64,000 nucleotides of DNA from a bacterium (GCA_030588745.1 JAUUXB010000003.1:9358-73357); one strand, 5' to 3'; counted from the first letter of the stretch, positions 26,288-35,241 are shown. Translations and numbers: made by a program. The notes: a model not told the origin generated them from the letters alone.

Positions 26288-27178
26288 ATGAAATTGAAAA
26301 AAGTAGTGAAAATTGATAAAGTTAAAAATATTTATGGAAATCTATTCTTTGATGGAAAATTGGTTTTCATAAATAAGTGGGGTTGGGAAAAAGCCATAGT
26401 AACAATCACTGGCTCTTTAAATGCAAAGGGTGTGGAAACAGGAAAAAGACGGGAAGGATATGGGGGTGTCGAGATTAGAGTTTTCAAAAACTATATAGTT
26501 GCCAAAGACGATATAATCGATGGAAGCCAACTAGTAATTGGATACCAAATAGTTGGTAGAAATCAAAGAATTGAAGAAAATCAAGAAGTCCGTGGATACC
26601 AAAAAATTGAAGGAAATCAGGTTGTTGTAGTAAATCAAAGAATTGGCGACTATCAAATAGTAAATGCTGATCAAACGATAAAAGGAGATCAAGAGATTAA
26701 TCGATTACAAAGAATCACTGGAGCTCAAAAAGTTATAGGAACACAAACGATTTACGGAAATCAAATAGTAGGTCCAGGATCCCAAAAAATCCTTTCTTCT
26801 CAAACGATAAAAGGAAACCAATGGATTAAGGGAAGCCAGAAAATTTTAGGAAATCAAGATATCGAAAAGTCTCAAATAATCGATGGAGAACAAGAAATTG
26901 CTGAGACTCAAACAGTTGGAGGGTTCCAATTCATTGAAGGAAATCAGAAGATTGTCAAAGAACAAAACATTGGCACATCTCAGCTTGTTAAAGGAAATAT
27001 TAATGTTGGTCATTCTATTAACACAGGGGATATCATCATAGCTGAAAAAATCAAGTGTGGCTCAGGATATACAATTAAAGCTGGTAAAATAATCGAAGCT
27101 AACGAAATTATAGGAAAAGTAGAAAGCGGTAAAGTAAGAAGACCAAATACCAAAAAGAAAGAACTTTCCTCATTCTGA
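26288..27178 (+). CDS. Glutamine-phased hexapeptide-repeat protein (predicted beta-helix), function unknown
   Basis: 296-aa ORF with its own promoter, RBS and terminator. Residues 81 to about 237 form 26 consecutive hexads of consensus Q-x-[IV]-x-G-N. Confidence 0.7.
   Translation: MKLKKVVKIDKVKNIYGNLFFDGKLVFINKWGWEKAIVTITGSLNAKGVETGKRREGYGGVEIRVFKNYIVAKDDIIDGSQLVIGYQIVGRNQRIEENQEVRGYQKIEGNQVVVVNQRIGDYQIVNADQTIKGDQEINRLQRITGAQKVIGTQTIYGNQIVGPGSQKILSSQTIKGNQWIKGSQKILGNQDIEKSQIIDGEQEIAETQTVGGFQFIEGNQKIVKEQNIGTSQLVKGNINVGHSINTGDIIIAEKIKCGSGYTIKAGKIIEANEIIGKVESGKVRRPNTKKKELSSF
26528..26998 (+). repeat. Coding array of 26 tandem 18-nt (hexapeptide) units
   Basis: CAA/CAG recurs every 18 nt, with one 21-nt unit. 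The peptide units run QLVIGY QIVGRN QRIEEN QEVRGY QKIEGN ... QNIGTS QLVKGN. Confidence 0.85.
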
Positions 27179-27216
27179 ATTTCAAAAAACTCTTTTTTCT
27201 ACTCCCCAATATATCA

Positions 27217-27241
27217 CCCAAGAATTTTTTGGGATTTTTTT
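27217..27241 (+). terminator. Intrinsic terminator after the hexapeptide-repeat gene
   Basis: CCCAA-loop-TTGGG followed by ATTTTTTT. Confidence 0.5.
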
Positions 27242-27246
27242 ATTAG

Positions 27247-27275
27247 AAAAAATCTCTACAATATGCTTGCAGAGG
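27247..27275 (-). terminator. Intrinsic terminator after the LysM/M23 gene
   Basis: On the minus strand, CCTCTGCAA-loop-TTGTAGAG followed by ATTTTTT. Confidence 0.5.
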
Positions 27276-27302
27276 TTTTTATGTTTATAAAAATGATTAT
27301 TT

Positions 27303-28376
27303 CTAGAACCTAAATGGATTGCTGGCGCCTCGGACACTAAAATGAACATGGCAGCCAGTGGACATTCCAGCGCCTGGTGTTCCAGGCATGCCGCCCATCC
27401 TAGCAATTGTTTGACCCTGATAAACAGTATCTCCTGGACTGACAAGACTAGTAGCAATATGCCCATACATTGTTACAACACCATTAGGATGTAGAATTGT
27501 GATATGATTTCCTGCCCCAGCAAAAGCCCAACGAGAAGTAGATTGTGTTAAATTCACTCTTAAAACCTGTCCTCCTGCAGCAGCATAAATTGGTTCTCCA
27601 CACTTACCATGACTAAAGTCAATGGCATTATACCAGTGAATTCCTTGGGTAATTCTGCAAGGAGAAGATATAGGGCACATAAAATAGCTCTTGCTTAAAG
27701 GCACCCAAGTACGAACATATTGGGTTGTAACAGGCATTTTCCCATTAGGAATAATTAAAATATCACCAATAAGAATGTCAGCTTCAGATGATAATCCATT
27801 AAAGGAAACTATTTCTTCTGCTTTAGCTTTATATATTCCTGCAATTTCGCTGATTGTGTCTCCTGCTTTTACGTGATGAATAATACCTGTTACAGGAGGA
27901 ATAATTAGTTTCTGACCAGGCCTTATTAAAACAGTATGAATCAAATCATTGGCCCACATAAGAGTTTCTAAAGAAACATCAAAATTGCTTGCCACTGCCC
28001 ACAGAGTATCACCATCTTCAACAATATATTCAGTAATTTCTGTTCGCTGAATATCTTCAATATCCAAGCCTCCCACTAAAGCGCCCAATACCTTGGGTGT
28101 TATTACATAAGGAGGACTAATAGACCTAAAACTATTGTTGTTAATAGTAATGAATTCTGGAAGCTCTGGTTTAGATTTCTGGTTAGCTCCAAAAAATGTA
28201 TGTATAGCGCTGGCAGTTTCAGGTAGATCAGTTGGCAAAAAAACAATATTCTTACTTTTTTTAGAGGCAGTAATGAAAACCAATAGAATTAAAACAACCG
28301 CCACTACAAGCGGCTTTGAAGATTTCTTCCATCCTGCTTTCAGACATTTAAAAGTCTTGTCTACTATTTTAGACAT
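27303..28376 (-). CDS. Membrane-anchored LysM-LysM-M23 peptidoglycan endopeptidase
   Basis: TM anchor, two LysM repeats (YIVEDGDTLWAVASNFDVSLETLMWAN and HHVKAGDTISEIAGIYKAKAEEIVSFN), and an M23 core (HWYNAIDFS, GNHITILHPNGVVTMYGH, GCHVHFSV). Confidence 0.85.
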   Translation of the reverse strand: MSKIVDKTFKCLKAGWKKSSKPLVVAVVLILLVFITASKKSKNIVFLPTDLPETASAIHTFFGANQKSKPELPEFITINNNSFRSISPPYVITPKVLGALVGGLDIEDIQRTEITEYIVEDGDTLWAVASNFDVSLETLMWANDLIHTVLIRPGQKLIIPPVTGIIHHVKAGDTISEIAGIYKAKAEEIVSFNGLSSEADILIGDILIIPNGKMPVTTQYVRTWVPLSKSYFMCPISSPCRITQGIHWYNAIDFSHGKCGEPIYAAAGGQVLRVNLTQSTSRWAFAGAGNHITILHPNGVVTMYGHIATSLVSPGDTVYQGQTIARMGGMPGTPGAGMSTGCHVHFSVRGASNPFRF

Positions 28377-28472
28377 ATATCAGCTTAATACTATATTTTC
28401 TAATATTAAGCAGAGTTGTCAAGTAATGAAGGTAAAGCACAAACAAAAATTTTGTGGTAAAATCTGAATAAA

Positions 28473-29312
28473 ATGAGTGTAAAAAATGTGGAGAATTTGT
28501 TGAAAAATTATGGAATACGACCTTCAAAAAAATTGGGGCAGAATTTTTTAGTTGATGAAAAAACTTTTGATAAAATTCTTAAAACAGCTGATTTATCAAA
28601 AAATGATATTGTCCTAGAAATTGGTCCAGGAATCGGAAATTTGACTGCAAAATTAGCTAAAAAAGCTAAAAAAGTGCTTGCAATAGAAAAAGACAAAAAA
28701 ATGTGTGAAGTTTTAAAAAAAGAGTTAAAAAAACAAAACATTGAAAATGTTCAAATAATCAACAAAGACATACTTAAAATAAATTATGATTCTATAATTA
28801 AATGGTTTAATGGTTGTGATTATGAATTGGTAGCTAATCTACCTTATTATATTACCTCAGCTGTTATTAGAAAGTTTCTTGAATTTAAAAAACCTCCAGA
28901 ATCAATGATTTTAATGATTCAAAAAGAAGTTGCTCAAAGAATATGCGCCAAACCAGGAAAAATGAGTCTTTTAGCTGTTTCAGTTCAGTTTTATGCCAAG
29001 CCAAAAATTATTTCTTATGTTTCAAAAAAATCATTCTGGCCTGAACCAAAAGTGGATTCTTCAATCATTAGAATAATTCCATTAAAAATAAAATTTTCTA
29101 AAAAATTCACTGAAAAGTTCTTTAAAATTGTTAAAGCTGGTTTTTCTCATCCAAGAAAACAGTTAATAAATAATCTGGCAAAAGAATTAAAATTAGAAAA
29201 AGAAAAAACAAGGCAGTGGCTTTTGAAAAATAAAATTCAACCAAGCCAAAGAGCTGAAACTTTAAGTGTTGACAATTGGAAAAGATTAACAAAAAGTTTT
29301 AAAATTCAATAA
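28473..29312 (+). CDS. rsmA: 16S rRNA (adenine1518/1519-N6)-dimethyltransferase RsmA/KsgA
   Basis: KKLGQNFLVD, LEIGPGIGNLT and ANLPYYITS are canonical. Confidence 0.9.
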   Translation: MSVKNVENLLKNYGIRPSKKLGQNFLVDEKTFDKILKTADLSKNDIVLEIGPGIGNLTAKLAKKAKKVLAIEKDKKMCEVLKKELKKQNIENVQIINKDILKINYDSIIKWFNGCDYELVANLPYYITSAVIRKFLEFKKPPESMILMIQKEVAQRICAKPGKMSLLAVSVQFYAKPKIISYVSKKSFWPEPKVDSSIIRIIPLKIKFSKKFTEKFFKIVKAGFSHPRKQLINNLAKELKLEKEKTRQWLLKNKIQPSQRAETLSVDNWKRLTKSFKIQ

Positions 29313-31051
29313 TGAAGAAAATTTTAAAAATTATTTTTATTTTATTTTTTTTAATTCTTTCTCCGTTTTTAGTTCAAGCTAACTGCACTAATCCTGTTTC
29401 TCCTTCTGACGGAGAAACTGATATTGATCCCTCAGAACCAGTAACTCTTGACTGGTGCGATGATGCTAATGCTAATTCTTATTATGTTAGAATTCACGAT
29501 GCTGGAAATATTATTTTTGGGAATGGAACAACAACTGATTCTAAAATCATCGTACCAGAATGGTATGGCGTTTTTACTGGAGACACAACCTACCAGTGGG
29601 AATTTGCTGCTTGCGCTAATAATGATTTTACTAAGTGCGGAACAAACTGTAATGATGATCAATTAGTTTATGATTGTGCTGATTACAACGGAAAATGGAG
29701 TTTTGCAACAAAAGAAATGTACCTTACTCCTCCAAAACTTCTTGAGCCTTTTTATGATCCAGATCAGCCAACCCAAGTTCCTGTAGTGAATTCAGATGAT
29801 GCGTTAGAATGGGAACAGACTGAAACAGAAGCTCAATGGGCTCGTTCTTTTGTTTATGAAATAAAAAAAAATGCAAACACAATAATTGGCCCAAATGCAA
29901 CCACTTCTTATGTTGTACCCTTTGGCAATGTTTGGGATTCACTTGAATTTGATATTGAACACAATTGGCATGTTAAATCTTGTTATAACAGAGACGGCAC
30001 TAATTGTTCTAATTTCAGCGAAACCTGGTTTTTCCAGACTGGTGGAGAACCTCCAAGCAGTCTAACTGCTGATGCTGATATAATCCCAGTTGAACTTGAT
30101 TGGGATGATGTTATTAAAGCGATGTCTTACGTACATGAAGTTTCTAAAAATAATTCCTTTAGTGAGACAGATATTGTTGTCAGAGATAGTACAGTTGATT
30201 CAGAAGCCAGCGCAGACTATTATCCTGGCGAAGGTTATCCTGGCTTGGTTCAAGATACACAATATTGGTGGCGCGTAAAAACTTGTGTTGACGAGCAAAG
30301 TGATTATTGCGGGGATTGGAGCAACATTCAAACTTTTAGAACTTTTCGTCTCAGTGCTCCTTGTGTTTTTGACGGCATACTTGATGAAAACTGTCCTTCT
30401 CCTAACAATAACGGTGCTTTTTATACTTATCAGAAAAATATTTCCTGGCAGTCGGTTGAAGGAGCCAAGGCTTATAAGTATAAGATTGATTATGCTTCAA
30501 AAGACCCAGAAGAAGCTGATGAAAGTTGTGTAGCTGGTCAACCAGTGCCGATTGAAAAAGATATTGTTTTCAATAATTCTGCTCGTGTATTCTTAAGTTG
30601 TTTAGGAACATATAATTGGTGGCTTAGATCTTGTCTTGATAGAAATTGCACTGAAATAAGTATTCTAACCCCTGTATTAAGTTTTACTCTTACTCAACCT
30701 GTTCCTCCAGCTCAATTTGGTCTTGTTCCTTGTGGTAGAATTTCGGATAGTCCTGATACTCAATGGAATGAAAGAGACGATTGTGAAATAAGACATATCT
30801 TTTTGTTATTAAAAAATATTATTGACCTTATATTGTGGAGAATTGGATTGGTCGCTTTGGCAGTTTTAATAATATTTACTGCAGTGGTCTCATATTTTTC
30901 ATTAGGAACGCCAGGCACTATTGTTAATGTAAAGCAAATCTGGCAAAGAGCTGGAAAAGGATACTTAATAATGTTTTTAGCTTGGTGGATTATAAATATG
31001 ATTGTAAAAATTATAGGGTTTACAGACACTTGGTGGTCACTTCCTTTTTAA
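29312..31051 (+). CDS. Secreted cysteine-rich four-module (FN3-like) protein with a C-terminal T4SS-pilin-like two-helix hairpin
   Basis: Signal peptide, then four modules each ending in an aromatic-x-W-x-hydrophobic-(K/R/A)-x-C motif (YQWEFAAC, HNWHVKSC, YWWRVKTC, YNWWLRSC). The C-terminus has two TM helices around GTPGTIVNVKQIWQRAGKG. The start overlaps the rsmA stop (TAATG). Confidence 0.6.
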   Translation: MKKILKIIFILFFLILSPFLVQANCTNPVSPSDGETDIDPSEPVTLDWCDDANANSYYVRIHDAGNIIFGNGTTTDSKIIVPEWYGVFTGDTTYQWEFAACANNDFTKCGTNCNDDQLVYDCADYNGKWSFATKEMYLTPPKLLEPFYDPDQPTQVPVVNSDDALEWEQTETEAQWARSFVYEIKKNANTIIGPNATTSYVVPFGNVWDSLEFDIEHNWHVKSCYNRDGTNCSNFSETWFFQTGGEPPSSLTADADIIPVELDWDDVIKAMSYVHEVSKNNSFSETDIVVRDSTVDSEASADYYPGEGYPGLVQDTQYWWRVKTCVDEQSDYCGDWSNIQTFRTFRLSAPCVFDGILDENCPSPNNNGAFYTYQKNISWQSVEGAKAYKYKIDYASKDPEEADESCVAGQPVPIEKDIVFNNSARVFLSCLGTYNWWLRSCLDRNCTEISILTPVLSFTLTQPVPPAQFGLVPCGRISDSPDTQWNERDDCEIRHIFLLLKNIIDLILWRIGLVALAVLIIFTAVVSYFSLGTPGTIVNVKQIWQRAGKGYLIMFLAWWIINMIVKIIGFTDTWWSLPF

Positions 31052-31078
31052 AATTTATGGTATAATAAAAAAATTAAT

Positions 31079-34000
31079 ATGATTAAATTACCTAAATTAT
31101 TTTCTAATTTTGAAAAACGTTTTGGTTCTGTTCTTTTATATAATAAGAAAATTTTAATCCTTGGAATAAGTCTGGGTTTGTTTTTGTGTTTTTTCAGCAT
31201 TCAAACTGCTAATGCATATATACCAATAGTCAGTGAGATAAAAGATCTTATTAACTATGTTCTTTCTCTTCCTGTCCGGATTCCTTTTCTTATCTTAGTT
31301 ATTACTATAGGAGTTATAGGATTTGTATGTTCGGTTGTTTTTACATTAGTTGCCTCCCTATTAAGTTGGTTAATAGAAGCATCTTTATCAATCCAGGTAG
31401 TTCCAGGGGAGGGTGCATTTGACGTAGTTAATGTAGGGTTTGAATTCACTAAGAATTTTGCCAATATGTTTATCATTTTGATATTGGCTATTATTGGATT
31501 AGCAACTATTCTTAAGATTAGAGAGTATGAAGCACGAAAGCTCTTGCCTAAGCTCCTTATGGTTGCCCTTTTAATTAATTTTACGCCAGTTATTGTGGGG
31601 TTCATTGTTGATATTGCAAATCTTTTCACTAATTTTTTCTTTACAGAAATAATAAAAAGTGGTGCTCTTACCAGTATTAACCTCGACGATGTTTTTAATA
31701 TAATAAACGAAATAGGAACAGTAATGGATTTCAAGCTTAAGGTTTATAAGGAGAACGTTATTATTGAGACTTTAATCCCTATTATCGTTAAGGGGATTAT
31801 GATGATCCTTTTTTACAGCATTGCTACTATTGTTTATCTTTTAGTTTTCCTTTTATTTTTCGTTCGGTTTATAATGCTTTGGATTCTGGTAATTTTAGCG
31901 CCAATTGCTTTCTTTTCTCAAATCCTACCAGCATCTCCAACAGTTAAAGCACTTCTTCCTAACATACTACATTGGGATAAATGGTGGGAAACACTTATCC
32001 AGTGGGCAGTTATAGGCATACCTCTTGGTTTCTTCCTTTATCTCTCTGCTTTCATTATAACTACACTGGAAAATGGCAAAATGCCACAGGGTGTCATAAT
32101 GAGCACTGACGCTATTGGCTCTTTTAGTAATATTATAGGAGTTATCTTAGGACCTATGATTGCAATATTTATATTAATTATGGGAATAATGATTTCTATT
32201 GAGTCTGTTCCAGGAGTTGCCAAAGGAATAATAAAAAGAGCAAAAGGATTTGGAAAAGGAGTAGGAAAAAGAGCTACAGGAGTAGTGGGACAAGCAGCAA
32301 AACGCGTGACTGGAGTTGTAGCGGGGGGAATAGGTGGAACAATATCGCGCGTTCCGGGACTGAAAAAATTCTCCCCAGGCCTTCTTGGGTATAAGGAGAA
32401 AACTAGGCAAGATTGGGCAAAACAAAGAACAGCAACCCCAGAAGGATTTAAAGACTGGGATACAAAAACCCAAGTATCCTGGACAAAAGCAAAAGGAAAG
32501 AGGGGAAGTATGGGAGCCATTAAGGCTTTAGGGGCAGAAAAGGCTTCAAAAATGATGGAAGAAAACCCAGACCTCAAAGATAAATTTGTATCGGGCGCCA
32601 AATCACTGGCTGGAAGAACAAGTTATAGAGATGAGGTCAAGATGATAACGGACATCGCTCCAGAGGAATTCAGTGGAATAGAAATTGCTAAGGCACAGGG
32701 TTATAAAGAAAAAGATATAGATGACCAAGTGGAAAAAATGGAGAAAGATGGTATGTTTGAAAAATTTGGAACTGAAACAGATGATAAAAAAGAGTTCGCA
32801 ACTAAAGTATTACATATGGAAAAGGTGAAATTAGAAGAAACATCTAAAAATGCGTTAATTTCTGATGCGGGAAAGGCAGCTAGCGTGTATAGAAATGACC
32901 CTCAATTCTTTGTAAAGGCTTATGAAAAATTAGGTAAAGATAAGTTCAATAAGCTAGTAAAAGGAGGAATAAACGCCTTTGATGATGATAGCCTTTATAG
33001 AATAAGTCCCCGCTTAGTGAGAGCTTCCTATTACAATAGGCATTTCAAGGAAGTGACGGGTAGAGAACTTGGCAAGAAGGAATTTAAAGCTTTCAAAGAA
33101 AAAATGAAAAAAGAACCAGAAGTTGAAAAAGAAATTTCATTGGAAGAATTAAAGGAAAAACCAAAATCCCCGGAAAGGATGGTACAAAAGGAACTTAAAA
33201 AAACACCTGAAGATTATGGAGTATTGTCTAGAAAACATAAGCAAGACATAAAAACTCTTGAGAGAGAAGAAAAGGAGATAAAGGAATTAAAGAAAAGAAT
33301 AGATTCTCTTATGAGTCGACTAAGTCAAGGAAAGGTGCCTAAATATTTCAGACCTACTGCAGGAAAGGAAATTAACAAGAAAGGGGCAGAATTAGAGATA
33401 AAAGAAAAGAAATTTAATGAATTGAAAAAAACTGTAAAAGAATACAAAGAAAATTTTGAAAAAGCTAGAAAAGATATGGCAGAAAAAATAAAAGAAAAAA
33501 TGGAAATACAAGCAGGAATAGAAACACAAGCAGGATTGAGAGAAGATTATTCTATGCCTAAAATAAAGAAAGAATTCTTAACAGATCCCAAGATTAAGAC
33601 TTTAAAAACGAATGTAGAAAATGTTATTTCAGCACTTGATAAATATGAAAAAGAATCTGAGCCGATAAATAAATTAATAAAAGAGGCAGACTTTCATGAA
33701 GCAATGAAATCAAGCCGGTCTACAAATTTCGAAATAGATGTGATAGAAGGCGTGAAAGAGAGAAACGTAAAAAAGTTGAACAAATTATTGGGCACACAGG
33801 CGGAAAACTTAAAAGAAATAAAGGGGGTCGAAAAAGTAAAAGAGTTACAAGCCAATATAGATTCAAGTAGAGAACAGCTTAGAGATCTTAAAACTAAAAT
33901 TAAAGCCCAAATAGGCAAAATAAGATTAAAAAAAGAAATATCAGAACTAAGAGAAGAATTAGAAGAAAAACCCTCTCCGTTTCCGAAGGAAAAAAGGAAA

Positions 34001-34165
34001 GAAAGAAGGGAAAGAAGGAAGGATTTAAAGCGTGAATCTCTAGAGAAAGTGAGAAGAGATGTCGAAAGATATAAAAAAGCAAAAGAAGTAGAAGAAAAAA
34101 TGAAAAAAGATATAAAAGAAGCAGAGGAAATAGCGGAAAAACAAAGAAAGAAATTACAAGAATAA
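31079..34165 (+). CDS. Polytopic VirB6/TrbL-like membrane protein with a Gly-rich segment and a roughly 600-aa Lys/Glu-rich coiled-coil tail
   Basis: The first 390 aa or so contain many hydrophobic helices. Then comes GVAKGIIKRAKGFGKGVGKRATGVVGQAAKRVTGVVAGG, then a long charged helical region. It lies inside the VirB4/PrgI/pilin cluster. Confidence 0.5.
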   Translation: MIKLPKLFSNFEKRFGSVLLYNKKILILGISLGLFLCFFSIQTANAYIPIVSEIKDLINYVLSLPVRIPFLILVITIGVIGFVCSVVFTLVASLLSWLIEASLSIQVVPGEGAFDVVNVGFEFTKNFANMFIILILAIIGLATILKIREYEARKLLPKLLMVALLINFTPVIVGFIVDIANLFTNFFFTEIIKSGALTSINLDDVFNIINEIGTVMDFKLKVYKENVIIETLIPIIVKGIMMILFYSIATIVYLLVFLLFFVRFIMLWILVILAPIAFFSQILPASPTVKALLPNILHWDKWWETLIQWAVIGIPLGFFLYLSAFIITTLENGKMPQGVIMSTDAIGSFSNIIGVILGPMIAIFILIMGIMISIESVPGVAKGIIKRAKGFGKGVGKRATGVVGQAAKRVTGVVAGGIGGTISRVPGLKKFSPGLLGYKEKTRQDWAKQRTATPEGFKDWDTKTQVSWTKAKGKRGSMGAIKALGAEKASKMMEENPDLKDKFVSGAKSLAGRTSYRDEVKMITDIAPEEFSGIEIAKAQGYKEKDIDDQVEKMEKDGMFEKFGTETDDKKEFATKVLHMEKVKLEETSKNALISDAGKAASVYRNDPQFFVKAYEKLGKDKFNKLVKGGINAFDDDSLYRISPRLVRASYYNRHFKEVTGRELGKKEFKAFKEKMKKEPEVEKEISLEELKEKPKSPERMVQKELKKTPEDYGVLSRKHKQDIKTLEREEKEIKELKKRIDSLMSRLSQGKVPKYFRPTAGKEINKKGAELEIKEKKFNELKKTVKEYKENFEKARKDMAEKIKEKMEIQAGIETQAGLREDYSMPKIKKEFLTDPKIKTLKTNVENVISALDKYEKESEPINKLIKEADFHEAMKSSRSTNFEIDVIEGVKERNVKKLNKLLGTQAENLKEIKGVEKVKELQANIDSSREQLRDLKTKIKAQIGKIRLKKEISELREELEEKPSPFPKEKRKERRERRKDLKRESLEKVRRDVERYKKAKEVEEKMKKDIKEAEEIAEKQRKKLQE

Positions 34166-34288
34166 AAGAGAGGCTCTAAATAAGAATCTTATTTATTCAA
34201 AAAATTTATAATATATCTATCCTAATAAATTAAAAAAGACAAAAAAAATAGGGATTATAAAAATATAATGCCCTGGGCAAAACCCTTT

Positions 34289-34696
34289 TTAGAATCTTAA
34301 AAATGCCGGAATTTTAGAAAGACTCTTTAGTTCACCCTTTAAATCTTTGTCTTTAGGATATTTTTTCTTCTGCTCCAAAAGGACTAATTTTGCTTCTTTA
34401 AAAGATTTTTTCAGCGGCACCAACTGTTTCTTGCACTTATCTATATCTGCTTTTTTTCCAGCAGACTCGGCGTCCCATAGTTTTATCTGTGCTTTGAATA
34501 ACTTATCACTTTTTTCAATAACTGCCTGACATAACTTTATATGTTTCTCAGCGAAATATATAATCTTATTTGTTCTTTCTATTTCATTCAAGCTTTCTAC
34601 ATTCTTGTCAGCAACTTCTGCTTCCTTTAGGATTTCTTTCTTTTTTGATTGAACTTTTTTCAATAAATCTTCTCTTTTTTCTGTCATTTCAAACAC
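34289..34696 (-). CDS. Small Lys-rich helical protein, unknown function
   Basis: 135-aa ORF driven by a perfect consensus promoter (see 34732-34760). Confidence 0.5.
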   Translation of the reverse strand: MFEMTEKREDLLKKVQSKKKEILKEAEVADKNVESLNEIERTNKIIYFAEKHIKLCQAVIEKSDKLFKAQIKLWDAESAGKKADIDKCKKQLVPLKKSFKEAKLVLLEQKKKYPKDKDLKGELKSLSKIPAFLRF

Positions 34697-34731
34697 ATTT
34701 TCAATTTAATGTACTATATATTATTACCTAT

Positions 34732-34760
34732 ATTATATACCCTATCTTCAATCTTGTCAA
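34732..34760 (-). promoter_or_regulatory. Consensus sigma70 promoter for 34289-34696
   Basis: The minus strand reads TTGACA, 17 nt, TATAAT. Confidence 0.6.
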
Positions 34761-34764
34761 GGAC

Positions 34765-34794
34765 TTGACATAGTCTTTAGTAAAATATTATTAT
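34765..34794 (+). promoter_or_regulatory. Sigma70 promoter for 34844-35152, back to back with the minus-strand promoter
   Basis: TTGACA, 18 nt, TATTAT. The two -35 boxes form the inverted repeat TTGTCAAGGACTTGACA. A GGAGG site sits 8 nt before the ATG at 34844. Confidence 0.5.
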
Positions 34795-34843
34795 AAAGTA
34801 AAGATCGTTTAAATAAACACATATAAAAAATGGAGGACTCTTT

Positions 34844-35152
34844 ATGGATAGAAAAGAAAAAAAGGGAAAAAGAAAAGAAACGAAGAAACAAAAATGTAAA
34901 TTAATAATTGAAAAAGCAGACCTTCTTGTAGAGGTGGGTAACAAGGCTCTAGTATGTAATAAAGAAAAAGAAGAATTAGAAAGAATATTAAACGAAAATA
35001 GTGTTAATAAAAGCAATAGGAATAAAATCGATATACTTCCCTTAAAAGTAGAAGTGAGAAAATTAGACAGACGAAGCGTAAAATTAAGAAACTTCTATCT
35101 TGAAGCAAAGAAATCTTTGGAAATAGAACTCGGCAGACCTCTACTCCATTAA
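34844..35152 (+). CDS. Small Lys-rich protein, unknown function
   Basis: 102-aa ORF with a GGAGG ribosome-binding site, a promoter and a downstream terminator. Confidence 0.5.
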   Translation: MDRKEKKGKRKETKKQKCKLIIEKADLLVEVGNKALVCNKEKEELERILNENSVNKSNRNKIDILPLKVEVRKLDRRSVKLRNFYLEAKKSLEIELGRPLLH

Positions 35153-35167
35153 ATCCCATCTTTTCAA

Positions 35168-35195
35168 AAAGGCATCTATGCCTTTCTTTTTTTTA
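35168..35195 (+). terminator. Intrinsic terminator
   Basis: AAAGGCAT-ct-ATGCCTTT followed by CTTTTTTTT. Confidence 0.55.
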
Positions 35196-35241
35196 TTTAA
35201 TGAATAAATCCAAATGAAAAAAAGAGGGAAATCTCTCTGTT

